This document shows positions 12,501 through 23,421 of a DNA stretch of 64,000 nucleotides, one piece after another. Below the pieces are notes generated by a model, which saw only the letters and a program-made list of their open reading frames with translations, ran no database searches and was not told the DNA's origin. The position numbers were made by a program, and so were the translations under genes. Position 1 is the first letter of the stretch. Each line of letters opens with the position of its first letter. Location: NCBI GenBank assembly GCA_001643675.2, contig LSRY02000016.1:744001-808000 (forward strand), in the 5' to 3' direction. This DNA comes from Monocercomonoides exilis PA203 (lineage: Eukaryota > Protista > Preaxostyla).

Positions 12501-15500
12501 TGCCTCAGCCCCACATTCACAGATTCACATGGAGCTGATGAGCTGCCACAATGAATTGAATCTGATGCCTCAGGTGCTGTCGATGAAGCAAACACCACAT
12601 AATCCATGAATGGTGCAACTCTCAGCAGAAGATCTTCCTCATCTTCAAATGTCTGCATCGTGCATCCCCATATCGCAAATGTGCGGTTGAATGATGTGCC
12701 GAAGTCGAGGTCGAACTGAGTTTCATTGATCTGTGCGTCGATGTTGGTGCATCTCACATACACATCTCTCCCTCGCAATGCTGTGTTTGCTGAAAAGTCG
12801 ATGTTGCTGAAGCGAAAAGGAAGCGGTGCTTGTGTGCTCGACGAACAATCCAGGAAGATCACACCCCCTCTTCCACTCGACTTCGCAAAGCATTCACTCG
12901 CTTGACAATCTTCCCACGTAACAAACCCACCATCCCCAAGATCAAACAGCACTGCTCCTCCTCTTTCGCTTGAGGATGAGCCACAGCCTTCCAGTGTGGT
13001 GTTGTTCGCTCGCAGTGTTAATCCTGAGATTGTTGTGCCCCTCAGCAGCCCAGGTGTATTTCCGTTCTTCTGCTCCACTCTCGAAAACACACATTCATTC
13101 ACTTCAATGTTTGCTGTCGTGTTGTTGTTTGATTTGTCATGTGCCATTTTTGTACTGCTCATTCCCATTTCTGGATCTTCACTCAGAACTACCTCCACAC
13201 CCAGAGTGCTGCATCCTTCGCATTCCACATCTGACAAGTTGCAGCTGCTCATGTTGATTGTCCCGCTATTCTCCAGGCAGATGATTGGACAACTCGTTGA
13301 AACAGATTGCATGCTCAGCCTTGTGCATAGCAATGTTCCTTCATTCACTGTGATCATCACAAACTCAATCGATCCACTCTCCCCTTCATCCATCCCAAAC
13401 GAGCTCTCTTCCACCTCCAGCACCCCTTCCACACACTGCGTTGCAATCAGTCTCTTGTCTCCATTTCCAAACGAGCAAGGAATAGCAAACACAATCCCCT
13501 GAATCACACATCTCTTTGTGTTCACAATCACAGTTCCTGTATTCCCTCCAACCTCTTTCAAACACCTCACAACACAAGGAAGGCTTCCAGATGCACATCT
13601 CACATCCACTCCACTCACATCCACCTCGCTCCCCACCTCACTCTCACCACTCACAATAATCCTCTTCCCCTCTCCTCCCTCCAATCGGGTGACTGTGTGA
13701 TGAAGCGATCTGCACGGATGCCTCTCAAAGCCACACACCACTGTGTCTGCACCTCCACTCCCAACATACGCTTCTGCTCCAATCTCTTCAAAGAAATACA
13801 CCAATGGGATTGCATTCGCTCTGTCGCTCCCGTCATATCCCATGAACTGCTCTTCTATCCCTTCCTCACCCCTCATCCCATCCATGAATGGCAGTGTGGT
13901 GTTTGTGATGCTGCCTCTCAGCTCAGCCGATTGCACAAACATGTTGCTCCCATATTTCGCCTTGTTTGGCTTGCTTCCTCCATCTCCAAACACTGGATCC
14001 CTCACAGCAAACCTATCTCCTCCTTCCTCCAGTGCAATCATCATCCCTCCTCCATATCCTTCTTCTGCTCCACTTGTTGGCGCTTCACACCTCTTGAATT
14101 GGCATCCCTCAATCACAATATCAGCATCAGCATCAGCATCAGCAGCATTCCCATATTCCACACATTCCACACAAACCCCTCCTCCCATCCTCCCTTCACC
14201 TTCAACACAACACCCATTAAAAACACATCCACTCAGCTTTACCATTGGCTCGCTCTCATCATTCCAAGCTTTTGTTCCTGTCTTCTCAATCACCACCCTC
14301 ACTCCTCCCCCATTTCCTCTCTCACTCACAATCTCACTCAAGTTACACTCACTCATCTCCAGCAACCCTCCATTCATCCATTCCACTCCTGACCCAGACT
14401 CTGCCACACCATTGATGTTGATCCCTGAAATGTTACATCGAGTCATCTTCAACCATCCTCCTCCATTTCCTCCCTTGAATGAAATCACTGATACTCCACA
14501 TTCAAGCCCATTCCCACTCATCTTCACATCCTCAATCTCCACTTCCCCACCTCTCCCTGCCACAAGCCCCACACCCCTTGTCGCTTCCCTCAAGTCAACT
14601 TCGCAACTGCTCACCCTCAGAACTCCTCCAACACACATCATCAGATACTCAATCTCAGAGTGAAGGCTCTTCACATTCATCACTATCTTTTCAATCGAAA
14701 ATGAACTGCCTGAAGCAATCACTCCCTCTTGTGATATATCTGAGCTCACACTCACATCAATGCCAACTTTCAACTCCTCTCCACATCCCATTCTCCATTC
14801 TCCTTCAGGCACTGCCACCTCTTCGCTTAACACAAATGGTGCATGAAGTTGAATAACGCCTGACTCAGCCAATGAAAATCGAAGAGCCAATCCTCGGCTG
14901 ATTGAAGAGCATGGCGCCTCGGCAAATCCACACGCACTGAAGTCTGCTGCCCTGCTTCCCCCAACATGCACTGGCCCTGTGAAATTCTCCCACAGATACA
15001 CAACAAGGGGAAGCACCACATCCCCATATGCTGCTTCTGTCTCCACCCCCTCAATATCATCCAAACACCCCAACTCATCCTCGGTCAAGCTCCAATCAAG
15101 CCAATTTCTCACATCCTCTTCATCAATGTTTCCTGCTGCAATAAACACATTCTTTCCCCATTTCGCCTTGTTTCCTCCAAACATCGGCTGAGTGAGTCTG
15201 AATGCCTCTGCTGATCCTTTCAACTGCACATATATCGCTCCTCCTCTTCCACTCTCCTCACTGCACTCACATCCCTCAAACTTCGATTCACTCACAATCA
15301 TCTTCCTTCCTCCTCCCTCTCCCATTTCAACGTTTGCGCACAGCGCCCCTCCTTTTCCACCCTCGCTGCCTGCAAAACATTCAGCGAATGTGCATCCATC
15401 AATCTCCACGCTGTTTCCATTCCCTATCCTCAGCAGATGGCTTCCTCCATCAGCAGATTTGCTGCACCCACATCTCACAAACTCGCAGCTGCTCACAGAA

Positions 15501-17740
15501 AGCGAAAGATATCCATCTGAATCGGCCACAAGTGCTGCTCCCCCATCACTTCGAGTCACGTCGCTCATGCCTGTCGATGTGATGTTCACCACATCTGACA
15601 GAGTGCCAAAGTGGAACAGAGGAGCAGATGCCAGAGCAACAGAAGAGATGTCGGAGGAGGAAATAGACATTGAGCCAAACAAAACCATGAATAGAGACGA
15701 GCTGAAGATGATGGCCGAGGATGAGCCTGTGATGGTGAGATCTGAGATGGTAAGGGCAGCTGCTTGCTGAGTGAGGATGAACAGTGAAGGCGATGGCGAC
15801 TGGAACGAGTTGTGGACAATGGAGAACGAGGAGGCTGAAAGAGAGCCAAGCGAGATCGAAAACAACGAGACTGAAGCACCACTTGGAAGCATGTTTGTCT
15901 GCACTATGCAGGTGGCTTTGTCGTTCCCATTCATCTCAATCTGCTTTGTTCCAACGTCAACACACGATGAAGGAGAAAACGAGGAGGGAAGGAGAATCAC
16001 TTCCCATTCAGAATTTGCATCTGCCTGCCCAACTGCATATTCAAGTGTCTCACATGCATCTGCCTCAGTAACTCCACATTTATTTTTGTCTGTTCCATCT
16101 GATTTCACAAACTTTTCGTAATAATAAGTGATCCAATCATTCACTGTTTGATTGTCTGCTGTGTTGTTGTTCCAGATTCTCTTTTCTTTTGTTGTCGAGA
16201 AGCAATTACTGAATGGGGATTCAATTACATCTCCACCATAAAAGTGTATATCGTTTCCTCTTCCATTTGCCGCAATGTTTCCATCAAATAAACATAAAAA
16301 AATGAACTTGAAACCGCTTATCCAAGATTTTGATGGAATGAAGGCAATTGCAGCTCCACCATATAATGAAGAAGTCGAAGAAAGAGAGTTCTTTTGAAAT
16401 TTGCAGTTATTGACGCTGATTGTTCTGGGCTTCAAAGATGGTGTGTTTCCAAAAGTGATGGATCCATAAGCATTATTACCATAATTTCCATCAAATTCGC
16501 AATAGCCAAGTTCAATTTCACCTGATGACGGAAATTTGTCGAATCCACCGCAAATTGAAGTTCCAAAATTTCCATTTATTGAACAATTACGAAAGTTACA
16601 TTTTAAAAAATGAACCATTTGATTAACATATGTATTTTGATATTGATGAATGGCTCCACCATTTCCTCCAGCTTGACATCCAATAAAGTCTGTTTCTGTT
16701 ATATTTGCAACTGCAATTGGATGAAAGTATATTGCTCCACCATCGCTTTTTGAAGAACAGTTCTGGAAGAGGCAATTGTGGATTGAAACATTGGCGCTTG
16801 AAATAGAGCAGGAAATGGCCCCACCATTCCCTGCATATTTTGGCAAATCAATCCATTCACACCATTCAAACTCATGATTGCCATCCGGCAAACCAATCCT
16901 TGAACTCACATTTATTGGGTTTTCTTGAGTTCCGTGTTGGGCTTCATTTGGTCTTGGAGTGCGAGAACAGGCACGAAATGAGGAATTGAACAGATTCAGA
17001 GAGTGACGAAGTTCGTTTATTGATGGGATTATCCCTCCATCAATTGCATCACAGACTGCTTCGAATGAGCAACATCTCATTTTTGTCGATAAATGGAACA
17101 ATATGGATTCATCAGGCTTGGATGGCTCAGGCTTTGTTAAGGATGAAATATTCGAGAACGAAGAATGTCCAATGCGCACAGAAATCAGGGAAGGAGATGA
17201 GCAGAAGGGATGCGAGGAAACACAAAACGAGCCAAAATTACTTTGATCAATTTCAAGCATATTTTGGGAAAGCAAAGAAGAAGATTCCGGCAGAGAAGAA
17301 ACAAGGGATGGGAGAGCTTTCTGAGCATCGGAAGAGCACATCGAAATATTGGACAAAAGCATGCACCCAGAAACGCACATTATTGGGCTTTTCGATGCTG
17401 TTTTGCAACATACCACACAACAGCCACGAAGAGCAAGAAATGAATTTTGAGTTAATACAAATTGGGAGCAGCTTGGGGGAAAGGCACAACAAAGCGAGGA
17501 TATTTCCAACGAAGAATTGATTTCTTGGATAATTCCATTGAAGCGTGCACACTTATTATTGTGTTCAAGCTTTCTGTTTTCACTCAACAAATCGGGAAAG
17601 GAATCAAATAAAGAGGATGACATTTTGCTCATTGGAGAACGGGAATCAATGCTCGAATGATTGATTTCACATGGAGGGACAGAACAGCAGCAATATTGGA
17701 GCAGCAAGGCAACTGCAACACAAGGAAAAATCGAGTTCAT
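9545..17740 (-). CDS. 2731-aa single-pass surface protein: signal peptide, Pmp-like/right-handed beta-helix repeats, TM helix, C-terminal TK/TKL-like pseudokinase
   Basis: Uninterrupted 8.2-kb ORF. Hydrophobic N-terminus (MNSIFPCVAVALLLQYCCCS), many GGA(I/L/V) and FxxN/FxxC motifs, four xxDxxxCG...C module markers, TM SWVLIVIVLLVVVLLIILAIAIVLAV. Kinase C-lobe motifs RWKAPE, FSIGMMLWE, PF and GERP are present; HRD and DFG are absent. Confidence 0.95.
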   Translation of the reverse strand: MNSIFPCVAVALLLQYCCCSVPPCEINHSSIDSRSPMSKMSSSLFDSFPDLLSENRKLEHNNKCARFNGIIQEINSSLEISSLCCAFPPSCSQFVLTQNSFLALRGCCVVCCKTASKSPIMCVSGCMLLSNISMCSSDAQKALPSLVSSLPESSSLLSQNMLEIDQSNFGSFCVSSHPFCSSPSLISVRIGHSSFSNISSLTKPEPSKPDESILFHLSTKMRCCSFEAVCDAIDGGIIPSINELRHSLNLFNSSFRACSRTPRPNEAQHGTQENPINVSSRIGLPDGNHEFEWCEWIDLPKYAGNGGAISCSISSANVSIHNCLFQNCSSKSDGGAIYFHPIAVANITETDFIGCQAGGNGGAIHQYQNTYVNQMVHFLKCNFRNCSINGNFGTSICGGFDKFPSSGEIELGYCEFDGNYGNNAYGSITFGNTPSLKPRTISVNNCKFQKNSLSSTSSLYGGAAIAFIPSKSWISGFKFIFLCLFDGNIAANGRGNDIHFYGGDVIESPFSNCFSTTKEKRIWNNNTADNQTVNDWITYYYEKFVKSDGTDKNKCGVTEADACETLEYAVGQADANSEWEVILLPSSFSPSSCVDVGTKQIEMNGNDKATCIVQTNMLPSGASVSLFSISLGSLSASSFSIVHNSFQSPSPSLFILTQQAAALTISDLTITGSSSAIIFSSSLFMVLFGSMSISSSDISSVALASAPLFHFGTLSDVVNITSTGMSDVTRSDGGAALVADSDGYLSLSVSSCEFVRCGCSKSADGGSHLLRIGNGNSVEIDGCTFAECFAGSEGGKGGALCANVEMGEGGGRKMIVSESKFEGCECSEESGRGGAIYVQLKGSAEAFRLTQPMFGGNKAKWGKNVFIAAGNIDEEDVRNWLDWSLTEDELGCLDDIEGVETEAAYGDVVLPLVVYLWENFTGPVHVGGSRAADFSACGFAEAPCSSISRGLALRFSLAESGVIQLHAPFVLSEEVAVPEGEWRMGCGEELKVGIDVSVSSDISQEGVIASGSSFSIEKIVMNVKSLHSEIEYLMMCVGGVLRVSSCEVDLREATRGVGLVAGRGGEVEIEDVKMSGNGLECGVSVISFKGGNGGGWLKMTRCNISGININGVAESGSGVEWMNGGLLEMSECNLSEIVSERGNGGGVRVVIEKTGTKAWNDESEPMVKLSGCVFNGCCVEGEGRMGGGVCVECVEYGNAADADADADIVIEGCQFKRCEAPTSGAEEGYGGGMMIALEEGGDRFAVRDPVFGDGGSKPNKAKYGSNMFVQSAELRGSITNTTLPFMDGMRGEEGIEEQFMGYDGSDRANAIPLVYFFEEIGAEAYVGSGGADTVVCGFERHPCRSLHHTVTRLEGGEGKRIIVSGESEVGSEVDVSGVDVRCASGSLPCVVRCLKEVGGNTGTVIVNTKRCVIQGIVFAIPCSFGNGDKRLIATQCVEGVLEVEESSFGMDEGESGSIEFVMITVNEGTLLCTRLSMQSVSTSCPIICLENSGTINMSSCNLSDVECEGCSTLGVEVVLSEDPEMGMSSTKMAHDKSNNNTTANIEVNECVFSRVEQKNGNTPGLLRGTTISGLTLRANNTTLEGCGSSSSERGGAVLFDLGDGGFVTWEDCQASECFAKSSGRGGVIFLDCSSSTQAPLPFRFSNIDFSANTALRGRDVYVRCTNIDAQINETQFDLDFGTSFNRTFAIWGCTMQTFEDEEDLLLRVAPFMDYVVFASSTAPEASDSIHCGSSSAPCESVNVGLRHVISSTYSILFIFGNSLIAGPASARDVAIRSADRVETATVHLDQPANGAEEEGIVVCTLRVEIDLITFAFGAHFSSPHPSLLHVKSGSLVLSRTMFSAQDMLNTPSASNEQTLQLSMVRVAQGSLSILQSRIASMRIALPFLLIREANAVNVSHLDVSEMFFTGNVMELHNASDVHMESVRLENVVANGSCVIVDGCMIVSVEKLACSNTQANGSVFKIHSTNPGSNSNGNWNVSLIDLCISNITSSATDASLFCADQLSGKVHLSNCSLSQSTSQSSNPTVASFKSCSEITVDLCSFMGKQQEPLASIEMDSGAICRWNESLVELSGSIAIIRDTTMGNASQGALGVRGGVVNIEEGKFFDNNPRIEGYPSVRRNVVCEGNGSLSLTSLKGGDGWKDNSSLWILGSGCQLSGLSDNRPSELFIPSLESVKTEQKGEFTTLHFKGLLLLPCNLSFSVIVAVGEEETVDPYSFERDGFISEEAVVADISSAMIEQSSDESEVSVAIQFGRIDSPSSTDRIILKNKSESGSKGDERIVEGGKEGKSSWVLIVIVLLVVVLLIILAIAIVLAVRWRNAKNEAKDLREIVNDTVKKDSKAFEMVTMEMSPEEQWRRAEREAEKKNEERIKKRVYENSLGHSESSEHLLSESGSTEYILGKDSDKIPQWALEKVDEKEEETRKRTPSPSISSTSTTDTSDTDTTFVRGEDLCPTTSSMSNLVDAMACSSPHEKLIVDLRDSMFMLLHGRNEKKEIEIGSLQQREMTASQILFWVANVALHSFEDEEDELPSLTNLSPHIVLFSEHMVICIVMHSDLLSDDDSDSSSISSSTIVTSASDDDRDSLLSLAFEDEDEFQKECLRWKAPELQINMKMGATKESVAFSIGMMLWECLTLNIPFGEFEAEVAGQKIVNGERPNMEMSNSSSLVEVIQSCVSEDVSKRLKLTDLKREFFQRFPKDALIFTISDAIDLDEETEIPNIKQETAVSFEAH

Positions 17741-17949
17741 TTCTCACTCCTGCAAGCAGTTCTATTATGGGAGTTGAATCAAATTTCCCTTTGAATTATT
17801 TTTGAATTCGAAAAGGTTCGTAAAATGAGAAAAACATTGAATTAAAAGAATTCAAGTATAAATGAATGAATATCATTTGGAATTCTCACATTTATTCATC
17901 AAAAACTTGGTTCTTCAAAAATCACCTTTTTTGAAGATAATTTTGATAC

Positions 17950-20900
17950 CATGAAGACTTCACAGCAGATATCTTGTTTCCAAAACAATTTGAAAAAGCC
18001 ATTAACTCCTTTGAAACAATTGTTTCGTAGAGAATAATAATCGATCTAATGCACTATGATTGATATATTGAATCTTGATGATTCATCATCAACGAAAAGG
18101 ATGCAAATTTCTCGAAAACGAAATAGATTAACCTTAAGCTTTCGTATTGTCTCAAGGGATATACGTGGGACTTGTTCAATTCAGGGTTAGCGGCAATTGC
18201 CATTCGGTCGATGATAAGCTGGCATTTTCTGTTAGGTTTCACATTTGCAAATTATGCTCAGTTTGCTCAAAGTTGTGTTTTCTTGAGCGAATGTTCTATC
18301 CGAAAAAACATTTTTAGATATTTTCATTGAGAATCTTTTTCACTCAGGAATAACTGTATTGATCGAGTTGTCTGCCTCTTTTGGTGGGAATGTTGATTCA
18401 TCGAAGACAAGGATATGGATTATTATCTTCTCTTTGCTTTCAGGCAGGAATATAATAATTATCTTCATAGGCTATTTTGCTTCAAGATTTGAATTGAAGA
18501 AGAAAAGAACATTGAAATAACTGTAATTTATCGGTATGGCTCAGAAATTGTGAATTCGTCATTTCCATCAGCAGCACAACATCATTGTGAAGTTCACTTA
18601 ATTTTGCCTTTATTTCACCTCAAATAATCAAAAATGAAGATATTTCCCCCCTCACTAAGGATCATTCATAAAAGAAAATTAATCCCGCTCCAATAGAGCT
18701 CCATTGCAAACAAGAAGTTCTTCTGACAGTGAAAAAAAACTTTGCATTCATCAACGGAATCACATACTCGAAATTTATCTTCTTCAATGAATTGAATTTC
18801 TTTGATGTTTTGTTCATAATGAAAGGAACATTTTTTCATCTGATGTCTGAAACTCCATATTGTTGTGAGATTTCTTCTTCTTTATCGCATAATTCCACTT
18901 GAAGCTCAATATGCAGCTCAAAAAAACTGATGGACAACAATAGAGCCGAACATTCATTGAAGATTGTCTTTTTTGAACATGCAATAATGGTGTTTTCTCT
19001 TTCAATGATTTCTCAATTTCCATTGCACGAAAATAAAACTCTGCATCTATCCCTTCAGAAAAACATTGCTCGATGTGTTGTTAATTGCAATTGCAACTCT
19101 GGGATGATTAATTCAACAATTGCCAAATCCAATATGTTGGAACGAATGAACATGGTTTGCTAAATATAGTTCGAGTGATGTATAAATAACAGCAGAACCC
19201 ACAAGAGAAATCTCATTCGGAGAGATGGCTCTTTTTGAGCAGAAGATGCTGCAATGAGAAGTGAGGCTTTAGTCTCCGAAAAATTAAAAAGAATATTTCA
19301 TAAACTTGAGAAGAGAGGAAGGCGATGAAATTTCAGATGAAACATGAAAATAACAGCGGATTGAGAGTTCAGAAGTCGAAGCTGGAAAAGCTGGATCAGC
19401 AAATACAGTTGCGTCTGTGCTAATTAGGATGCTGTTGGTCAAGAGGAATCAATTCAAGGAAGACAACGATTGAAATGAACAATTCGTTCAATCATAAAGA
19501 TTTTTGATTCAAATCTCATCACCTTTGAGATGCTTCTTCCTCCCTCCCCCAAAAAAATCAAAGGACTACTAATTCTCAAATTGAAAATTCAGATGAAAAG
19601 GATGGGCAATTAATCCATCCGATCAGAACAAGCCAAAAGTGGAAGATGAATCACATGTGTTGTTAAAAAATTTATCTGCCAATATCAGAGCCATTCTAAG
19701 TTGCATTATCCGCACAGCTATCATTTTCATTCCTCTGAGCAGATATTCGTTTTATGATGAAAGAAATCGCTTCTATCCCCATCTTTCTCTGTTTCCAGCA
19801 AATAGATTTGTTATTCAATGTTTTCACTTTCTGGACACTGCTCATCAGCTCAAAAGGAAAGAAATAGATCTAAAACAGAAAATTTTGTTTGTTCTTCACG
19901 AATTGTGTATTTGATGTGTCGAACATAAAATTCGCTAAAGACGAGCAAAGTCCACAGTTTGTTTGCACAAAAGGAAATTTTCGTTTTTCAGATGGTTTCT
20001 TCTTTGAATAATCATTCAGATTATTTTTGAAGGAATTCTCTTTGAAAGAGTTTATTGTATGCCAATTAACTTGAGATATATTTCAAGAGAGCAGCATCTG
20101 AATTCCCTGTGCATTGGAGCTCATCTTTTGCATCACAACTGAGGATGAATGTTTGAATGAAACTGAAAACTCTGAGGAATCACTTAAAACGAATATGTTT
20201 CTCTTATTTGCCAGTTCAAACGAAAAGCCCTTCTTGCGCCACTCTCACAATATTTTTTAACAAATCCGTCTGCCATAATAACACAATACAATTCTTTGGT
20301 AAATTAGTCAAGATGTTGTTGTCTTCATTCACAAAGGAAAACGTTCGTTAAAAAATCATTTGTCGATTTGACTGACTCAAGCCAAGGAAATTAATCAAAC
20401 AAATGAAATGAAAATGCTTCTACAGGAAAAATGAATGAATTAAGATGGCCTTCTTCAGTCAAAGATGAAAAGAGTACACAAAATAACAAGGTGTTATTGT
20501 TCGACTATGCTTGTCGGTATTAATTCTCCGTTTGAAGATAAAATAGAAATCGTGTAAAAGGCAGCAATGAATGAAAAGTCCTTCTTTTCTTTGTTGTTGT
20601 AAAGTGCCAATATGTTCAAAGCTAGCTTCTTCATTCGCTTTCCATTTCCTGATGCTGATAAATGCGCTGCAAAAATAGCACTTTTGCGATGCAATAAGAG
20701 ATGCAATGGAAATAGAACAAATTTGTGGAAGAAGAATTGATGGTATTCGAATTGAAGTCTCAAAAAAGAGAAGAGGAGGAAGAAGAAGAGGTGAAAAGAA
20801 AATTTCCAGAAATAATTAATCTGATTTTTCTGGATATGATGGGAAATGTTTTATTTCAGGAAATGAAGAATATGACGATGAAGAAAATGAAGAAATTTAT

Positions 20901-22600
20901 CCGGAATCTTTGAATGTAATTTTTATATTAGGTATTGATGATCTAAAAAGATGCAATGAGAGATATAAGAATTGAAGAATAAAACGGAAGTGTTGAGTCG
21001 ATTGGAGAAACGAATTAAAAAAGGAAAACAATCTGTTGAAGAATAAAACTGAATTGAGGAATCAATTGAGCTGCTCTTTTGATGATTGAGCAGGTTTGTT
21101 TGATTCTTTGGTGAAGAATTGAGAAATGCGATAAAAACATTTTCTGAATGAAAAGTGGACGGAGAAGTTGAAGAAGGAATGCAAAATGAAGAAGAAGAAA
21201 TCGAAGAGGAAATAATCGCATTTGAAATTATCGTTTGATGGAAATTGTGTCGAAGTGGATGTTCTGAGAGAAAATTAACAGTAAACGATCGGAAACATTC
21301 GCCCTTTCCAGCTATAAAAATGTGATTCTTTTCAAACTATTCCAGAAGAATAGCACAATTCCCATTTTGATCATCTACACCTTGAACAACACCATAAAGA
21401 GATAGTTGCAGGATGTTGGTTTCTGTTTTTGTTTAATATTTTTCTTCAATCATTTCATGAAGCAATTTTTCCTAAAAATCCATCGCAAAAGCTTCCTTTC
21501 GATCGATGACAACATTTTCTTGTGAAAATTGATAAGCCCTGTGAAAGAAGAAATGCATCTTCAAAAAAGTGTCAAAAGCTCTCGGTTGTTGAAGGCTTTG
21601 AAATATTCATCTAATCCATTGAGAAAAGGCTATGTTTTGCGCAGATGATGAAGAAGTGAATTTAGAAATGCACGAGTGGTAATTCTCCCGTTTGGCGGAA
21701 GGTTTGTGGCATTTGTCAATTTTACAAGCAGAACGCGCGAAGACGTGTAAATTATAAAGGAGTGTAATGATGAGATAGAAACTCAAATTAAACTGAATAA
21801 ATGATAATGAATGCAAAGACAAAGCCTGTGAAAGCTAATCCCTTCCATTCATTTCATTTTGCACAAACTCGATGTTTTGCTCAATTCCTCGTAACAAGTG
21901 GCTTTGGCTCTTATTTCTTTGTATTCCTCAAAATAAAACGAGTAAAATGATATATATTTGAAGTTATTTGCAGAAGTTGAAGGAATTATAGATTTACTGG
22001 AAGAAGAATAATGCTCAACAACATATTCGCATTTGTCGCTGAATTATGTGAAAAGGCGAAATAATGCAGCGATATGACAGTTGAAGAGAGTCAGCAGATT
22101 GCTCAAAAAATGTAGCGATTGCAGCAACAAAGGCAGAACTGAATTGATTTGAAGCTGCTGGTTTTGTTTTCGTGAGAAAGAAGTATTTCTTTGTTCTGGT
22201 TGGACTGAAAACTTGAGCTCCAACATCCGTGAAAAATGGAGATGATTAAGCTTTCAAACTTTAATATGAAAAGACTCTTGTTGATGGGGAAAGGAAATAA
22301 GTAAGTTAAAACGGATATACGTTGAAAATATAATTGTTGAAAAAGATGAAGATGAAAATGGCGATGATGCTGGAGAAAATAAAGTGGAAATGACCATTTA
22401 ATTGAATTCAAAAATATGCTTCACTAAAATTCATTCTGAAAAGCTAAGAAGATTTGAAAAAGTATTCAGCAGTTGCAATTTATCCATGTTTCATTCCATG
22501 TTTTCACCTCTTCGATACCGATGAATATCGTCATTTCAACAGATGCTTGCTATGTAGAATAAAAAAGATTATGTGCATAGCCATCGTTTAAAATGAAGTT
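17950..22600. pseudogene. Mosaic of heavily decayed multigene-family fragments on both strands
   Basis: Intermediate GC and alternating purine bias. Protein-like remnants include - strand 19230-19440 SILISTDATVFADPAFPASTSELSIRCYFHVSSEISSPSSLLKF (beta-helix-family-like) and + strand E/K-rich remnants at 20700-21250. No ORF above about 100 aa. Confidence 0.35.
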
Positions 22601-23421
22601 TAGTTTTTTCTATTTCTTTTATTTTCTAGTATATTTCTTTGTCTCCTTGTTGCTCTCCATAAGTTTCCAATAATCATGTCATTTTTCAATCTGACGCATA
22701 AATTCAATTTGTTCCTGCTCCCGCATATAATTTCCCGTTAACCTCCTTTTCCATCTCGCAATCAGATAATTTTTCAATTCGCATTTTTTGATCAGATTAT
22801 TTTTAATGGGACATTCACACGAATTTTTGTGGCAAACTCAATAACTCAGTAATTCATTCAGTTGAATTCGAGCCAAAAAAAAACTTATTATAACAAACTG
22901 TTTCACGCTCATTTCACAGAAATTTTTTTGAATATTCTGAAAAAATAAGAACTTTTGATGCAATTCTTTTCCGATCCAAAGGTTCTCATCGGAAGCAAAT
23001 GGGAAATAAAAATTTTTTTCATAAAAATAAAAGAAATAAAAACCATTTATAAAAAAATATTTTTCTTTCATTTGCATTCAATCACCGAATGACGCTATGA
23101 AAAAAATAATGTTGTTGCATATTTTTACAAAAAAGAATCCTTTTTCAAAGAGTTAATTCAAACTTTTTAGATCAAAAAAATAAGAAAAGAAAAAACAAGT
23201 GCAAAAACATAAATCAATTATTCACAAAATAATACAATATCATTAACAATTGTAAAGAATGATAAATGGCCGAAGCATTCTGAAGTTGATTGGATAAAGG
23301 AAAACATTACATAAAACAATTCAAAACAAAAAATACTCTGGAAAAAAATGCAACGGTCATTCTTTATGCAATGCTGCTGAACCGGTCACGCAAAAAATAC
23401 GAATAGCGCTCTCTATAAAAT

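Noticed and set aside
9465-17520. Many long + strand ORFs (e.g. 10524-11678, 13743-14663) suggesting overlapping genes
   Set aside because: These are antisense shadows of the purine-rich giant ORF, with Ser/Pro-rich translations and no domains.
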